Shown in pieces: positions 22,127-30,759 of a stretch of DNA of 64,000 nt. Made by a program: the position numbers and the translations under genes. Source of the DNA: Thermodesulfobacteriota bacterium. Its GTDB lineage: Bacteria; Desulfobacterota; Desulfobulbia; Desulfobulbales; SURF-16. The DNA lies in NCBI GenBank assembly GCA_039714595.1, contig JBDLJA010000009.1, forward strand, positions 189-64,188, read 5' to 3'. Position 1 is the first letter of the stretch, and each line of letters starts with the position of its first letter. The notes below the pieces were generated by a model, which was given only the letters and a program-made list of their open reading frames with translations, did not search any database and had not been told where the DNA came from.

Positions 22127-22882
22127 CTACTGGCTGAGATAATCTAAGACGGCCTGGGCCGCGGCGGCGGCCTGCGGGTCGGCGGCAAGGTCCACCGGCT
22201 GGCCCCGCCGTTCGCTTTTGCGGATGGCGGCGGAGTTGGGAAAGCTTGCCACCGGGGCCTGGCCCAGTCCTTTAGTTAAGAAGGCGAGATCATCCTCATC
22301 CTCCACCAGATTGGCGACAAAGGAGATATCCTTAATGCCCGCTTGCCTTGCCAGTTTCTCCACCTTCTGAGCGGTTCTGATGCTGGAGCGGGAGGGAATG
22401 ACCACGATGAACAGCTCGTCCACCCCGGCGATGGTGCCGCGGCCCAGGTGCTCCACCCCCGCCTCCATGTCCAGGAGGATGGCCTGATTGTCACTTAAAA
22501 GCAGTTTGGTGAGCAGCCTTTTGAGCACGGTGTTTTCGGGGCAGGCGCAGCCCCCCTCCGCCGTCTGGATGGCGCCTAAGACCATGAGCTTCAGGCCGTT
22601 TTCCTCCACCATGAAGTCGGCCAAGAGATCGTTGATCTCCGGGTTGATATTGTAGAAGGGTGAGCCCTCCACCTTGCCGGCCCTCTCAGCCAGCAGCTTG
22701 CCCATCTCGGCGATGGGGGTTATCTGCTCCACCTGGCCAAAGCCTAAGGTCTGGGCCATGTGGGGGGAGGGGTCGGCATCGATTACCAGCACCTCCCGGC
22801 CCGCCTCCTGCAGTTTTTTGGCGATGAGGGCCATTATGGTGGTCTTGCCCACCCCGCCCTTACCGGCGACAGCTATTTTCAT
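22127..22882 (-). CDS. cooC: CooC-type nickel-insertion ATPase (CO dehydrogenase maturation family)
   Basis: Deviant Walker A GKGGVGKTT, DADP, GCAC metal-binding CxC, DMEAGVEHLGRG. Confidence 0.88.
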   Translation of the reverse strand: MKIAVAGKGGVGKTTIMALIAKKLQEAGREVLVIDADPSPHMAQTLGFGQVEQITPIAEMGKLLAERAGKVEGSPFYNINPEINDLLADFMVEENGLKLMVLGAIQTAEGGCACPENTVLKRLLTKLLLSDNQAILLDMEAGVEHLGRGTIAGVDELFIVVIPSRSSIRTAQKVEKLARQAGIKDISFVANLVEDEDDLAFLTKGLGQAPVASFPNSAAIRKSERRGQPVDLAADPQAAAAAQAVLDYLSQ

Positions 22883-23184
22883 GGGATAATCTCCATTTTT
22901 TTTACTATGTTTACCTGATAAATTTTATCTGCTAATTGTGGTTTCTTGGCCTCCCGGACCCAGAAGAGCCTTTGTTCCCGGGACAGGGTTATAAAAAAAG
23001 TGGCTGAATCCATAACGGTAATTATATTTTTGCGAAAGTATAGCTAAATAACTAAACCGGAATCACTAAAGCGTAAACCAGGAAAAACTTACCGGCCCCG
23101 GACGGCTTACGCCAAAGCCTGCTTTCAGGCTGGAACCATAGCTCGTATGCCGAAGTTTTTCCAGATAAAGGATAGTGAAAGCAC

Positions 23185-24354
23185 ATGGTAACCTTAGGGA
23201 TAGAACATCTTGTCAATGAGCCGCCCGCCTCCTTGGCCGGTAAGCGCCTGGGCCTTCTTGTTAATCAGGCCTCCACCGATAGCAGTTTCCGGCCCAGCCA
23301 TGAACTCATCGCCCGCTCTTTTCCCGGCCAGCTCAGCTGTCTCTTTTCGCCCCAGCACGGTTTTATGGCGGAGAAGCAGGATAATATGGTGGAGTCGTCC
23401 CACGCCACAATGGCAGGGCTGCCCCTGTTCAGCCTCTACGGCCTGGAGCGGAAACCTACCGCCGAGATGATGGCTGAGCTGGACGTCCTGCTCATCGACC
23501 TGGTGGATGTGGGGACCAGGGTCTACACCTTCATGTATACGGTGGCCTACTGTCTTGAGGCCGCGGCGGAGCAGGGCAAGGAGGTGGTCATCCTTGATCG
23601 GCCCAACCCCATTGGCGGCGCTTTGGTGGAGGGCAATATCCTGCGTGATCACCTCCACTCCTTTGTCGGCCTCTATCCCATCCCCATGCGCCATGGCCTC
23701 ACCCTGGGCGAGCTGGCCCTCTTTTTTAACCGCTACTCTGCTATCGGCGCCGATCTCTCCGTGATCAAGATGAGCGGCTGGCAGCGGGGGACACTCTTTC
23801 CGCAGACCGGTCTGCCGTGGCTCTTCCCCTCCCCCAATATGCCGGCGTTTAATACTGCCCTGGTCTACCCGGGCCAGGTGATCTGGGAGGGGACCAATAT
23901 CTCCGAGGGCAGGGGCACCTCGCTGCCCTTTGAGCTCTGTGGCGCCCCCTTTGTGGAGCCTGACGCGGTGCTGGCCTTTCTTGCCGCCGCCAGGACGCCC
24001 CTGCCCGGCTGCCTGCTGCGCCCCCTCTTCTTTGAACCCACCTTTCATAAGTGGGCCGGTGAGACCTGCGGCGGTTTCCAGATTCATGTCACCGACCCTG
24101 ATGCCTTCCGGCCCTACCGCACCTCCCTGGCCCTGCTCCAGGCCATAAGTCGTTTATATCCAGACGAATTTGCCTATAAGGAGCCGCCCTACGAGTATGA
24201 GTTTGACAAGCTGCCCCTGGACCTGATCCTGGGTGACAGCGACTTGCGCCAGGCTCTTGCCGCGGGTGGCGATATCATGGAGCTTGAGGCGGCCTGGATG
24301 CCGGAGTTAAATGACTTTCTGGACAAGAGGCGCCAGGTACTCCTCTATGACTAA
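23185..24354 (+). CDS. DUF1343 family protein (NamZ-like exo-beta-N-acetylmuramidase)
   Basis: LFSPQHG, FSLYG, DVGTRVYTF, VILDRPNP, PMRHGLTLGE, PSPNMP and SEGRGT motifs. Confidence 0.9.
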   Translation: MVTLGIEHLVNEPPASLAGKRLGLLVNQASTDSSFRPSHELIARSFPGQLSCLFSPQHGFMAEKQDNMVESSHATMAGLPLFSLYGLERKPTAEMMAELDVLLIDLVDVGTRVYTFMYTVAYCLEAAAEQGKEVVILDRPNPIGGALVEGNILRDHLHSFVGLYPIPMRHGLTLGELALFFNRYSAIGADLSVIKMSGWQRGTLFPQTGLPWLFPSPNMPAFNTALVYPGQVIWEGTNISEGRGTSLPFELCGAPFVEPDAVLAFLAAARTPLPGCLLRPLFFEPTFHKWAGETCGGFQIHVTDPDAFRPYRTSLALLQAISRLYPDEFAYKEPPYEYEFDKLPLDLILGDSDLRQALAAGGDIMELEAAWMPELNDFLDKRRQVLLYD

Positions 24355-25078
24355 CGATCTGGCCTGTGAGCAGTCGCTCCTGGAGCCGTTTCTTCCCTAT
24401 TTTTATGATGTCCCCAGCCCCTGCCCCTACGATGTTGGTGGTTGCGCCCTCTATCGCCAGGCCCAGTTTGGCCATCTCGGTGATGAGCAGATGGCGGCCT
24501 TTCTCGCCCACGGGATGCGACGCAACGGTAACACCCTCTACATCATGGCCTGCCCCGACTGTTCCAGTTGCACCCCCATTCGTCTGCCCGTGGCTGATTT
24601 TGCCCCTAACCGCAACCAGCGCCGGGTGTTGCGGGCCAATGAGGACGTGGATATAAGCCTGGCGCCCCTGACCATGACGGAGGAGAAGTTTTCCCTTCTG
24701 GCCCGTTTCTTTGCCCACCGCTACCCCCTGGCCCATAATGAGCCGGAGAGCTATTACGGGACATTTTTTAGCAACTCAATCACCGCCACCATGGAGGTGG
24801 AGTACCGGTTGGCCGGAGAGCTGTTTGGCGTGGCGGTGGTGGATGTGGGGACAAGCTTTCTCAACGCGGTCTACTTCTACTTTGAGCAGGAGTTGGCCCG
24901 GCGCAGTCCCGGTACCTTCAATATCCTCACCCTCATTGATCTCTGCGGCCGCCAGGGGATTTCCCATCTCTACCTTGGTTACCTGATTAAGGAGCTGAGC
25001 GCCATGCGTTATAAGGGTAATTTCTGGCCCCATGAACTGATGGTTAATGGCCGCTGGCAGAGGAGGGATAGGGGGTGA
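24347..25078 (+). CDS. ATE/Bpt-like aminoacyl-tRNA--protein transferase
   Basis: SPCPY, GMRRNG..YIMACPDCSSCTPIR, LNAVYFY, SPGTFNIL and YLGYLI..MRYK motifs; start overlaps the upstream stop. Confidence 0.85.
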   Translation: MTNDLACEQSLLEPFLPYFYDVPSPCPYDVGGCALYRQAQFGHLGDEQMAAFLAHGMRRNGNTLYIMACPDCSSCTPIRLPVADFAPNRNQRRVLRANEDVDISLAPLTMTEEKFSLLARFFAHRYPLAHNEPESYYGTFFSNSITATMEVEYRLAGELFGVAVVDVGTSFLNAVYFYFEQELARRSPGTFNILTLIDLCGRQGISHLYLGYLIKELSAMRYKGNFWPHELMVNGRWQRRDRG

Positions 25079-25243
25079 AAGGCGGCGCTGTCGTTGCAAA
25101 ATTACCCCTTTCAGATTAGTATCGATTTTTTTTATTAATGATAGCCTGGATAATCCTCTGGTCCCTGGGCCAGATAGATATTTGGGGATCGATTTATTTG
25201 CCAATTCACCGATTTAACCTTGTTTTACAACGTAGTGTCTTAG

Positions 25244-27043
25244 ATGAAAGTAATACTCGCCAAAAAGGCCGGTTTTTGTATGGGGGTGCGCCGGGCCGTG
25301 GAGACCACCCTGAAGACGGTGCAGCATTCCGACGGGCGCATCGCCACCTATGGTCCCCTCATCCATAATCCCCAAGTCCTGCAGCTCCTGGATGAACGGG
25401 GGGTGGATGTCCTCTCCGAGATCCCGGCCCAGCATAACGGCACGGTGATTATCCGGGCCCACGGTGTTCCGCCCCAGGACAAGGAGAGGCTTGAGTCGGC
25501 CGGGGCGCGGGTCCAGGACGCCACCTGTCCCCGGGTGATGAAGGTGCAGGCCATCATCAAGAAACATAAGAAAGAGGGGCGGGCCACGGTGATTATCGGC
25601 GATAAGAACCATGCCGAGGTGATAGGTCTCATGGGCTATGCCGCCCCGGCCGTCCATGTGGTCTCTTCCCTGGCCGACGCGGACGAACTGCAGCTCGTTG
25701 GTCCCTATATAATCGTCAGCCAGACCACCCAGGATGAGCAATCATTCCAGGAGTACAGCGCCAGGATCATGGCCCGTTTCCCCCAGGGCAAGGTGTTTGA
25801 TACCATCTGCGATTCCACCCATAAGCGCCAGCATGAGGTGCGTGTTCTCTGTCAGCAGGTGGAGGCCATTGTCGTGGTGGGGGGCAAAAGCAGCGCCAAT
25901 ACCCAGCGCTTGGGCGAGATTGCCACAGGTATGGGCCGGCCGGTCTTCATGTGCGAGAACGAGGCGGATCTTGACCTGGCCGCCCTGGGCCAGTTTGACG
26001 TGGTGGGTGTTACGGCCGGCGCCTCAACCCCCACCTGGATGATTAACCGGGTCATCCGCCAGATCGAGGCGGTCCCTGGCCGCCAGGAGGGTCCCTTCTC
26101 CCGCCTTATTCGCCGGCTGGTCTGGTTCCTTTTAATGACCAATATCTATGTCTCAGGGGGGGGAGGGCTGCTGGCCATGGCCATCGCCGCAATCTGTGGC
26201 GGTGTCCCGCCTCTGGCCGCCTTTACCATTGCCTTTGGCTATCTGCTGGCCATGCACAATATAAACCGTTTTGTCGGCCTGAATTTCCAGGGGGCCTCAG
26301 GGAGGCCGGCCCGGCCAAAGGCGGGCAAGAGAGGCTACGCCCTGGAGATGCACCCCGGCAAGATAAACGATCCGGTCCAGGAACGGTTCTGCCGCCACTT
26401 CTGCCGGCCCATTCTTGTCTTGAGCGGCATGACCCTGGTCTTCTCCGGCGCCCTGGTCTGGCAGCTGGGGAGCCTGCCCTTTGTCATCTTTATTGCCATG
26501 AGCTTTTTTGGCAGCCTCTACGGCTCCCATATCTTTCCCCATTCCCTCCAGTCACTGTTCAAGGTCAAGGGGTTGAAGGAGATCCCCGGTTCCAAGACCT
26601 TTCTGGTGGCCCTGGCCTGGTCCCTGGTGGTGGTAATCCTGCCCTGCTGGCCCGTTCTCAGCGAACGGGGCGGGGTGTTGCTGGTTCTGGGCCTCCTCAT
26701 GCTGGGGGTCATCTATGTGCGTAACGCCCTCTTTGATGTCTTTGATGTCCAGGGTGATAAGATGGTGGGCAAGGAGACCCTGCCTGTCTGCATCGGTGAG
26801 AGGCGGACCCTGCAGCTGTTGACCAGAATCCTCCTTCTCCTGGCCGGGCTTACTGTTGCCGGTATTGCCACCCCGCTGCCAATGGCGGGTCTATTATTTC
26901 TGCCCGGTATCTTTCTCCTCTGGATCTTTGTCAGCATGTACCGGAAGGAGCGGATCTTCCCTGGTCTGGCCTCCACCTTTATGCTGGAAACTACCCTCTA
27001 TATCCTGGCCCTGAGCCTGGGCCAGGGGCGCTTATTTTTTTGA
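25244..27043 (+). CDS. ispH: 4-hydroxy-3-methylbut-2-enyl diphosphate reductase fused to a C-terminal UbiA-like membrane domain
   Basis: N-terminal ~285 aa with GFCMGVRRA, IHNP, DATCPRV, SQTT, TICDST and GVTAGASTP; C-terminal ~310 aa multi-TM with DVFDVQGDKMVGKETLP. Confidence 0.9.
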   Translation: MKVILAKKAGFCMGVRRAVETTLKTVQHSDGRIATYGPLIHNPQVLQLLDERGVDVLSEIPAQHNGTVIIRAHGVPPQDKERLESAGARVQDATCPRVMKVQAIIKKHKKEGRATVIIGDKNHAEVIGLMGYAAPAVHVVSSLADADELQLVGPYIIVSQTTQDEQSFQEYSARIMARFPQGKVFDTICDSTHKRQHEVRVLCQQVEAIVVVGGKSSANTQRLGEIATGMGRPVFMCENEADLDLAALGQFDVVGVTAGASTPTWMINRVIRQIEAVPGRQEGPFSRLIRRLVWFLLMTNIYVSGGGGLLAMAIAAICGGVPPLAAFTIAFGYLLAMHNINRFVGLNFQGASGRPARPKAGKRGYALEMHPGKINDPVQERFCRHFCRPILVLSGMTLVFSGALVWQLGSLPFVIFIAMSFFGSLYGSHIFPHSLQSLFKVKGLKEIPGSKTFLVALAWSLVVVILPCWPVLSERGGVLLVLGLLMLGVIYVRNALFDVFDVQGDKMVGKETLPVCIGERRTLQLLTRILLLLAGLTVAGIATPLPMAGLLFLPGIFLLWIFVSMYRKERIFPGLASTFMLETTLYILALSLGQGRLFF

Positions 27044-27051
27044 GGTAACGT

Positions 27052-28158
27052 ATGTTAGGTTGGTTTAAAAAACAGATGGGCTTGGCGCCGGAAACTCCGC
27101 CGGATGAGCCAGAGGAAGAGGCGGCCGGCGCCACTACCCCGGAGAGTCCCCCTGCCGCGTCAGAACAGGAGGCGGAAGCCCCTGTTTCCCCGCCGGAAGA
27201 AGAGGTTAAATCCATTCTCCACGAGGATGTGGGGGTGTTGTTTAAGCGTCTCACCAAGGGGCTGGGCAAGACCCGTTCGTCCCTGGTGGACCGGATGGAC
27301 GAGCTTTTCTTGGGCCGCAAGGAGATCGACCCGGAGCTTCTCGATGAGCTTGAGGAGATTTTAATCACCGCGGACCTGGGGGTGGAAACCTCCATGGCCC
27401 TGATGGATGAGGCCCGGCAGAAGGTGGACCGGCATGAACTTGCCGATCCCCTGGCCTTAAAAGAGGTGTTGAAGGAGCGGATCACCCAGTTTCTCATCAG
27501 CTCTGACCGCCCGGCGGAACTGGTTATGCCCGAGTCCGGTCCCTTCGTCATCATGGTTGTCGGGGTAAACGGGGTGGGCAAGACCACCACCATCGGTAAG
27601 ATTGCCGCCAAGTTCAAGGCCAGCGGCCAGTCGGTGCTGCTCATCGCCGCTGACACCTTCCGGGCCGCGGCCGTGGAGCAGCTCAAGGTGTGGGGCCAGC
27701 GGGTGGGGGCGCCGGTGGTGGCCCAGAAGACCGGGGCCGACCCATCCGCCGTGGTCTTTGATGGCCTGGCCCACGCGGGCCAGGATAAATTTGACGTGAT
27801 CATCGTCGATACGGCCGGCCGCCTCCACACCAAGGTGAACCTGATGGAGGAGCTGAAGAAGATCCGGCGCACCATGGACCGCAAGATGCCTGGCGCCCCC
27901 CACGAGGTGATGCTGGTCATCGACGCCACCACGGGCCAGAACGGCATCTCCCAGGCCCGGGAGTTTGCCAAGGCGGTGGATATCAGCGGCATTACCCTGA
28001 CCAAGCTTGACGGCACGGCCAAGGGCGGCATTGTGGTTAATATCTGCCGGGAGTTTGATATCCCCATCCGCTTCATCGGTGTTGGCGAGCAGATGGCTGA
28101 CCTGCGCGACTTTGATCCCAATGAGTTCGCCGAGGCGCTCTTTGCCGGCAAATCTTAA
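27052..28158 (+). CDS. ftsY: Signal recognition particle receptor FtsY
   Basis: Acidic N-terminus, GVNGVGKTTTIGK, DTFRAAA, DTAGRL and TKLDGTAKGG. Confidence 0.98.
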   Translation: MLGWFKKQMGLAPETPPDEPEEEAAGATTPESPPAASEQEAEAPVSPPEEEVKSILHEDVGVLFKRLTKGLGKTRSSLVDRMDELFLGRKEIDPELLDELEEILITADLGVETSMALMDEARQKVDRHELADPLALKEVLKERITQFLISSDRPAELVMPESGPFVIMVVGVNGVGKTTTIGKIAAKFKASGQSVLLIAADTFRAAAVEQLKVWGQRVGAPVVAQKTGADPSAVVFDGLAHAGQDKFDVIIVDTAGRLHTKVNLMEELKKIRRTMDRKMPGAPHEVMLVIDATTGQNGISQAREFAKAVDISGITLTKLDGTAKGGIVVNICREFDIPIRFIGVGEQMADLRDFDPNEFAEALFAGKS

Positions 28159-28170
28159 TTTTTGTTCTTT

Positions 28171-28391
28171 CTGATTACCACTGACTTTCAGCCCGCTTGG
28201 CAGGAGAGTGAAAGGGTATCAGTTTAATTGTATTTTGGGGCTTGAAAAATTAGCAAAACTGCTTTTTATCCGCAGATAAGCGCAGACTTTGAAGGCGCAG
28301 GTAAGCGATTAAAGGGAGACTCTGAAGGTAATTACTTGTTTTTATATGAAAAAAACTTTGTGTCCTTTGCGGTGAATTTAGGGCTGATTAC
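28171..28391. repeat. ~220 bp dispersed intergenic repeat, copy 1
   Basis: 56 of the first 60 nt are identical to 34891-34950, and similarity continues to the end. CTGATTAC occurs at both ends. Confidence 0.9.
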
Positions 28392-28519
28392 AGACAACGT
28401 AAGCCATTAACTTTACGCCAGAATCGATGATGCCTCACCTGGGTCTCGCAATACTGGCTGATCCCCCCGCGCCCTGCGCTTCATAGGGCCTGGGGGTAAA
28501 AAAATTTAAGTAAAAAAAG

Positions 28520-29347
28520 ATGTCACCATATCAACGTCATACATCACCCGGTTGCGGCTCCTTTCTGGTGGTGGTCGCCATGCTCCTCCTCCTGGTGGGC
28601 GGGGCGCCGCTGCTCTTTAATGTACTCGGCTTTGTCATTGTGGCCATATTTGGCTTTGTGGCCTTTGTTGTTCTCGCCTTTGTGGGGCTGAGCTACTATG
28701 TGCGCTACCGGGTGAGCCAGTATGAGGCGCAGCAGCCGGAGGAGCGCAACCTCTTTGTCTCCCTTTTAATCCATATTCTGGTCCGGGTGGCCCAGCGTGA
28801 TGGCCAGATCAGCAAGGCGGAACGGGCCACCATCGTTAATTTTTTCCGCAGCCATTTCCGCTATAGCCAGGAGCAGATCTTCTGGGTGAAGGAGTTGATC
28901 AAGGACGCGGCCCATGACGGGCGCTCCCTGGATACCCTGCTGGCCGAGTTCAAGGCCAGCTTCACCTATCAGTATCGGGTTCTCTTGCTGGAGATGGTCT
29001 TTCAGGTCCTCTACGCCGACCATCTCTTGAGTCAGGCCGAGCAGGATCTCACCGCCCATATCGCCAGCTCCCTGGAGATCAACGCCTATGATTTTGCCTC
29101 CATCCGCAACCGTTACTTCTTCCACCAGCAACAGCAGCAGGCCCAGGCTGCCACGGACACGGCCCGTTACTATGAGGTGCTGGGCTTAAGTCCTGGGGCC
29201 AGTCAGGAGGAGATCAAAAGGGCTTATCGCGCCCTGAGCAAGGAGTATCACCCGGACAAGGTGGCCCACTTAGGTGATGAGTTTAGGCAGGTGGCGGAGG
29301 AGAAGATGAAGGAGATCAACGTGGCCTACCAGAAGCTGCAGGAGTAG
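28520..29347 (+). CDS. DjlA-like co-chaperone (TM anchor, TerB-like domain, C-terminal J domain)
   Basis: N-terminal TM helices, [14 protein letters not shown]-terminal YYEVLGL..YHPDKV J domain with HPD. Confidence 0.88.
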   Translation: MSPYQRHTSPGCGSFLVVVAMLLLLVGGAPLLFNVLGFVIVAIFGFVAFVVLAFVGLSYYVRYRVSQYEAQQPEERNLFVSLLIHILVRVAQRDGQISKAERATIVNFFRSHFRYSQEQIFWVKELIKDAAHDGRSLDTLLAEFKASFTYQYRVLLLEMVFQVLYADHLLSQAEQDLTAHIASSLEINAYDFASIRNRYFFHQQQQQAQAATDTARYYEVLGLSPGASQEEIKRAYRALSKEYHPDKVAHLGDEFRQVAEEKMKEINVAYQKLQE

Positions 29348-29566
29348 CTTTTTTACTGGCAGTTAATTATTTTGTTTAAAAAACGAATATCGAATATCGA
29401 ACAAGAAATGGCGAATAGTGAAGGGCGGATGTTAGCTTGATAAAGAAACGACCTTCTCGCTAATTTCTTAATCTCACAACTTTCCCCCCAGCAAAGCTGA
29501 GGGCAGGGCCAATGAATTGGATAGTTTTTCAACGTAATTCTAATAATAAAAAGTAGGTGATATTTT

Positions 29567-30757
29567 ATGGGTATTTCAACCAAGATGACGGAGTTTGCCG
29601 CTCGGGCCTCCTGGATCAGAAAGATGTTTGAAGAAGGGGCCAAGCTTAAAGCCCAGTACGGGGCCGACAACGTCTTTGACTTCAGCCTGGGCAACCCGGA
29701 CCTGCCGCCCCCGCCCCAGTTTGCCGCCACCTTGCAGGAGCTGGTGGCAGGCGAGGGGCCTGGCTCCCACTCCTACATGCCCAACGGCGGTTATCCTGGG
29801 GTCAAAGAGGCGGTGGCCGGCCAGATCTCCAAGGAGCAGGGGGTGGAACTGAGCGGCGATGACATCCTCATGACCTGCGGCGCGGCCGGCGCCCTCAACG
29901 TCACCCTCAAGGCGATCCTCAACCCAGGCGAAGAGGTGCTTGTCCTGGCCCCCTTCTTTGTGGAGTACCACTTCTACATCGACAACCAGGGCGGCGTGGC
30001 CAAGGTGGTGAACACCACGGCTGATTTCAACCTGGACCTTGGCGCCATCGAGGCGGCGATCAGCGCCAATACCAAGGCGATTATCATCAACTCCCCCAAC
30101 AACCCCAGTGGCCAGATCTATCCGGCCGCTGACCTGGCCGCCCTGGGCGAGCTCCTGGGCCGCTGCCAGGAGAAATTTTCTTCCACCATCTTTCTCTTAA
30201 GCGATGAGCCGTACCGGAAGATCGTCTTTGATGAGTGCGAGGTGCCCTCGATCTTCAAGGCGTACGACAACTCGGTGGTGGTCTCTTCCTACTCCAAGGA
30301 TCTCTCCCTGCCCGGTGAGCGGATCGGCTATATCGCCATTAACCCCCGTATAGCCGAACGGGAACCCATGCTGGGCGCCATGACCCTGGCCAACCGCATC
30401 CTCGGCTTTGTCAACGCCCCGGCCCTGATGCAGCGGGTGGTGGCCAAGCTCCAGGGCCAGACGGTGGAGACGGATATCTACACCAAGCGGCGGGAGACCT
30501 TCTCTAAGGTCTTAAGTGACGCCGGTCTGGAGTTCAACCCGCCCAAGGGCGCCTTCTACGTCTTCCCCAAGTCGCCCATCGCCGATGATGCCAAGTTCTG
30601 CAACCATCTCCAGAATTATAAGATCCTGGCGGTGCCGGGCCGCGGCTTTGGCATGCCCGGTTACTTCCGCCTCGCCTTCTGCGTGGAGGACTCGGTGATC
30701 AGCGGCTCGGCCAAAGCATTCAAGGAGGCCATGGCCAACTTGCCGGCCGACGACTGA
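29567..30757 (+). CDS. PLP-dependent class I/II aminotransferase (aspartate aminotransferase-like)
   Basis: FSLGNP, NSPNNPSG, SDEPY and SYSKDLSLPGERIG motifs. Confidence 0.93.
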   Translation: MGISTKMTEFAARASWIRKMFEEGAKLKAQYGADNVFDFSLGNPDLPPPPQFAATLQELVAGEGPGSHSYMPNGGYPGVKEAVAGQISKEQGVELSGDDILMTCGAAGALNVTLKAILNPGEEVLVLAPFFVEYHFYIDNQGGVAKVVNTTADFNLDLGAIEAAISANTKAIIINSPNNPSGQIYPAADLAALGELLGRCQEKFSSTIFLLSDEPYRKIVFDECEVPSIFKAYDNSVVVSSYSKDLSLPGERIGYIAINPRIAEREPMLGAMTLANRILGFVNAPALMQRVVAKLQGQTVETDIYTKRRETFSKVLSDAGLEFNPPKGAFYVFPKSPIADDAKFCNHLQNYKILAVPGRGFGMPGYFRLAFCVEDSVISGSAKAFKEAMANLPADD

Positions 30758-30759
30758 TT

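Noticed and set aside
23081-23162. NiCo (czcD) riboswitch upstream of cooC
   Set aside because: The conserved junction nucleotides I recall for that class are not present; kept only as an unexplained structure.
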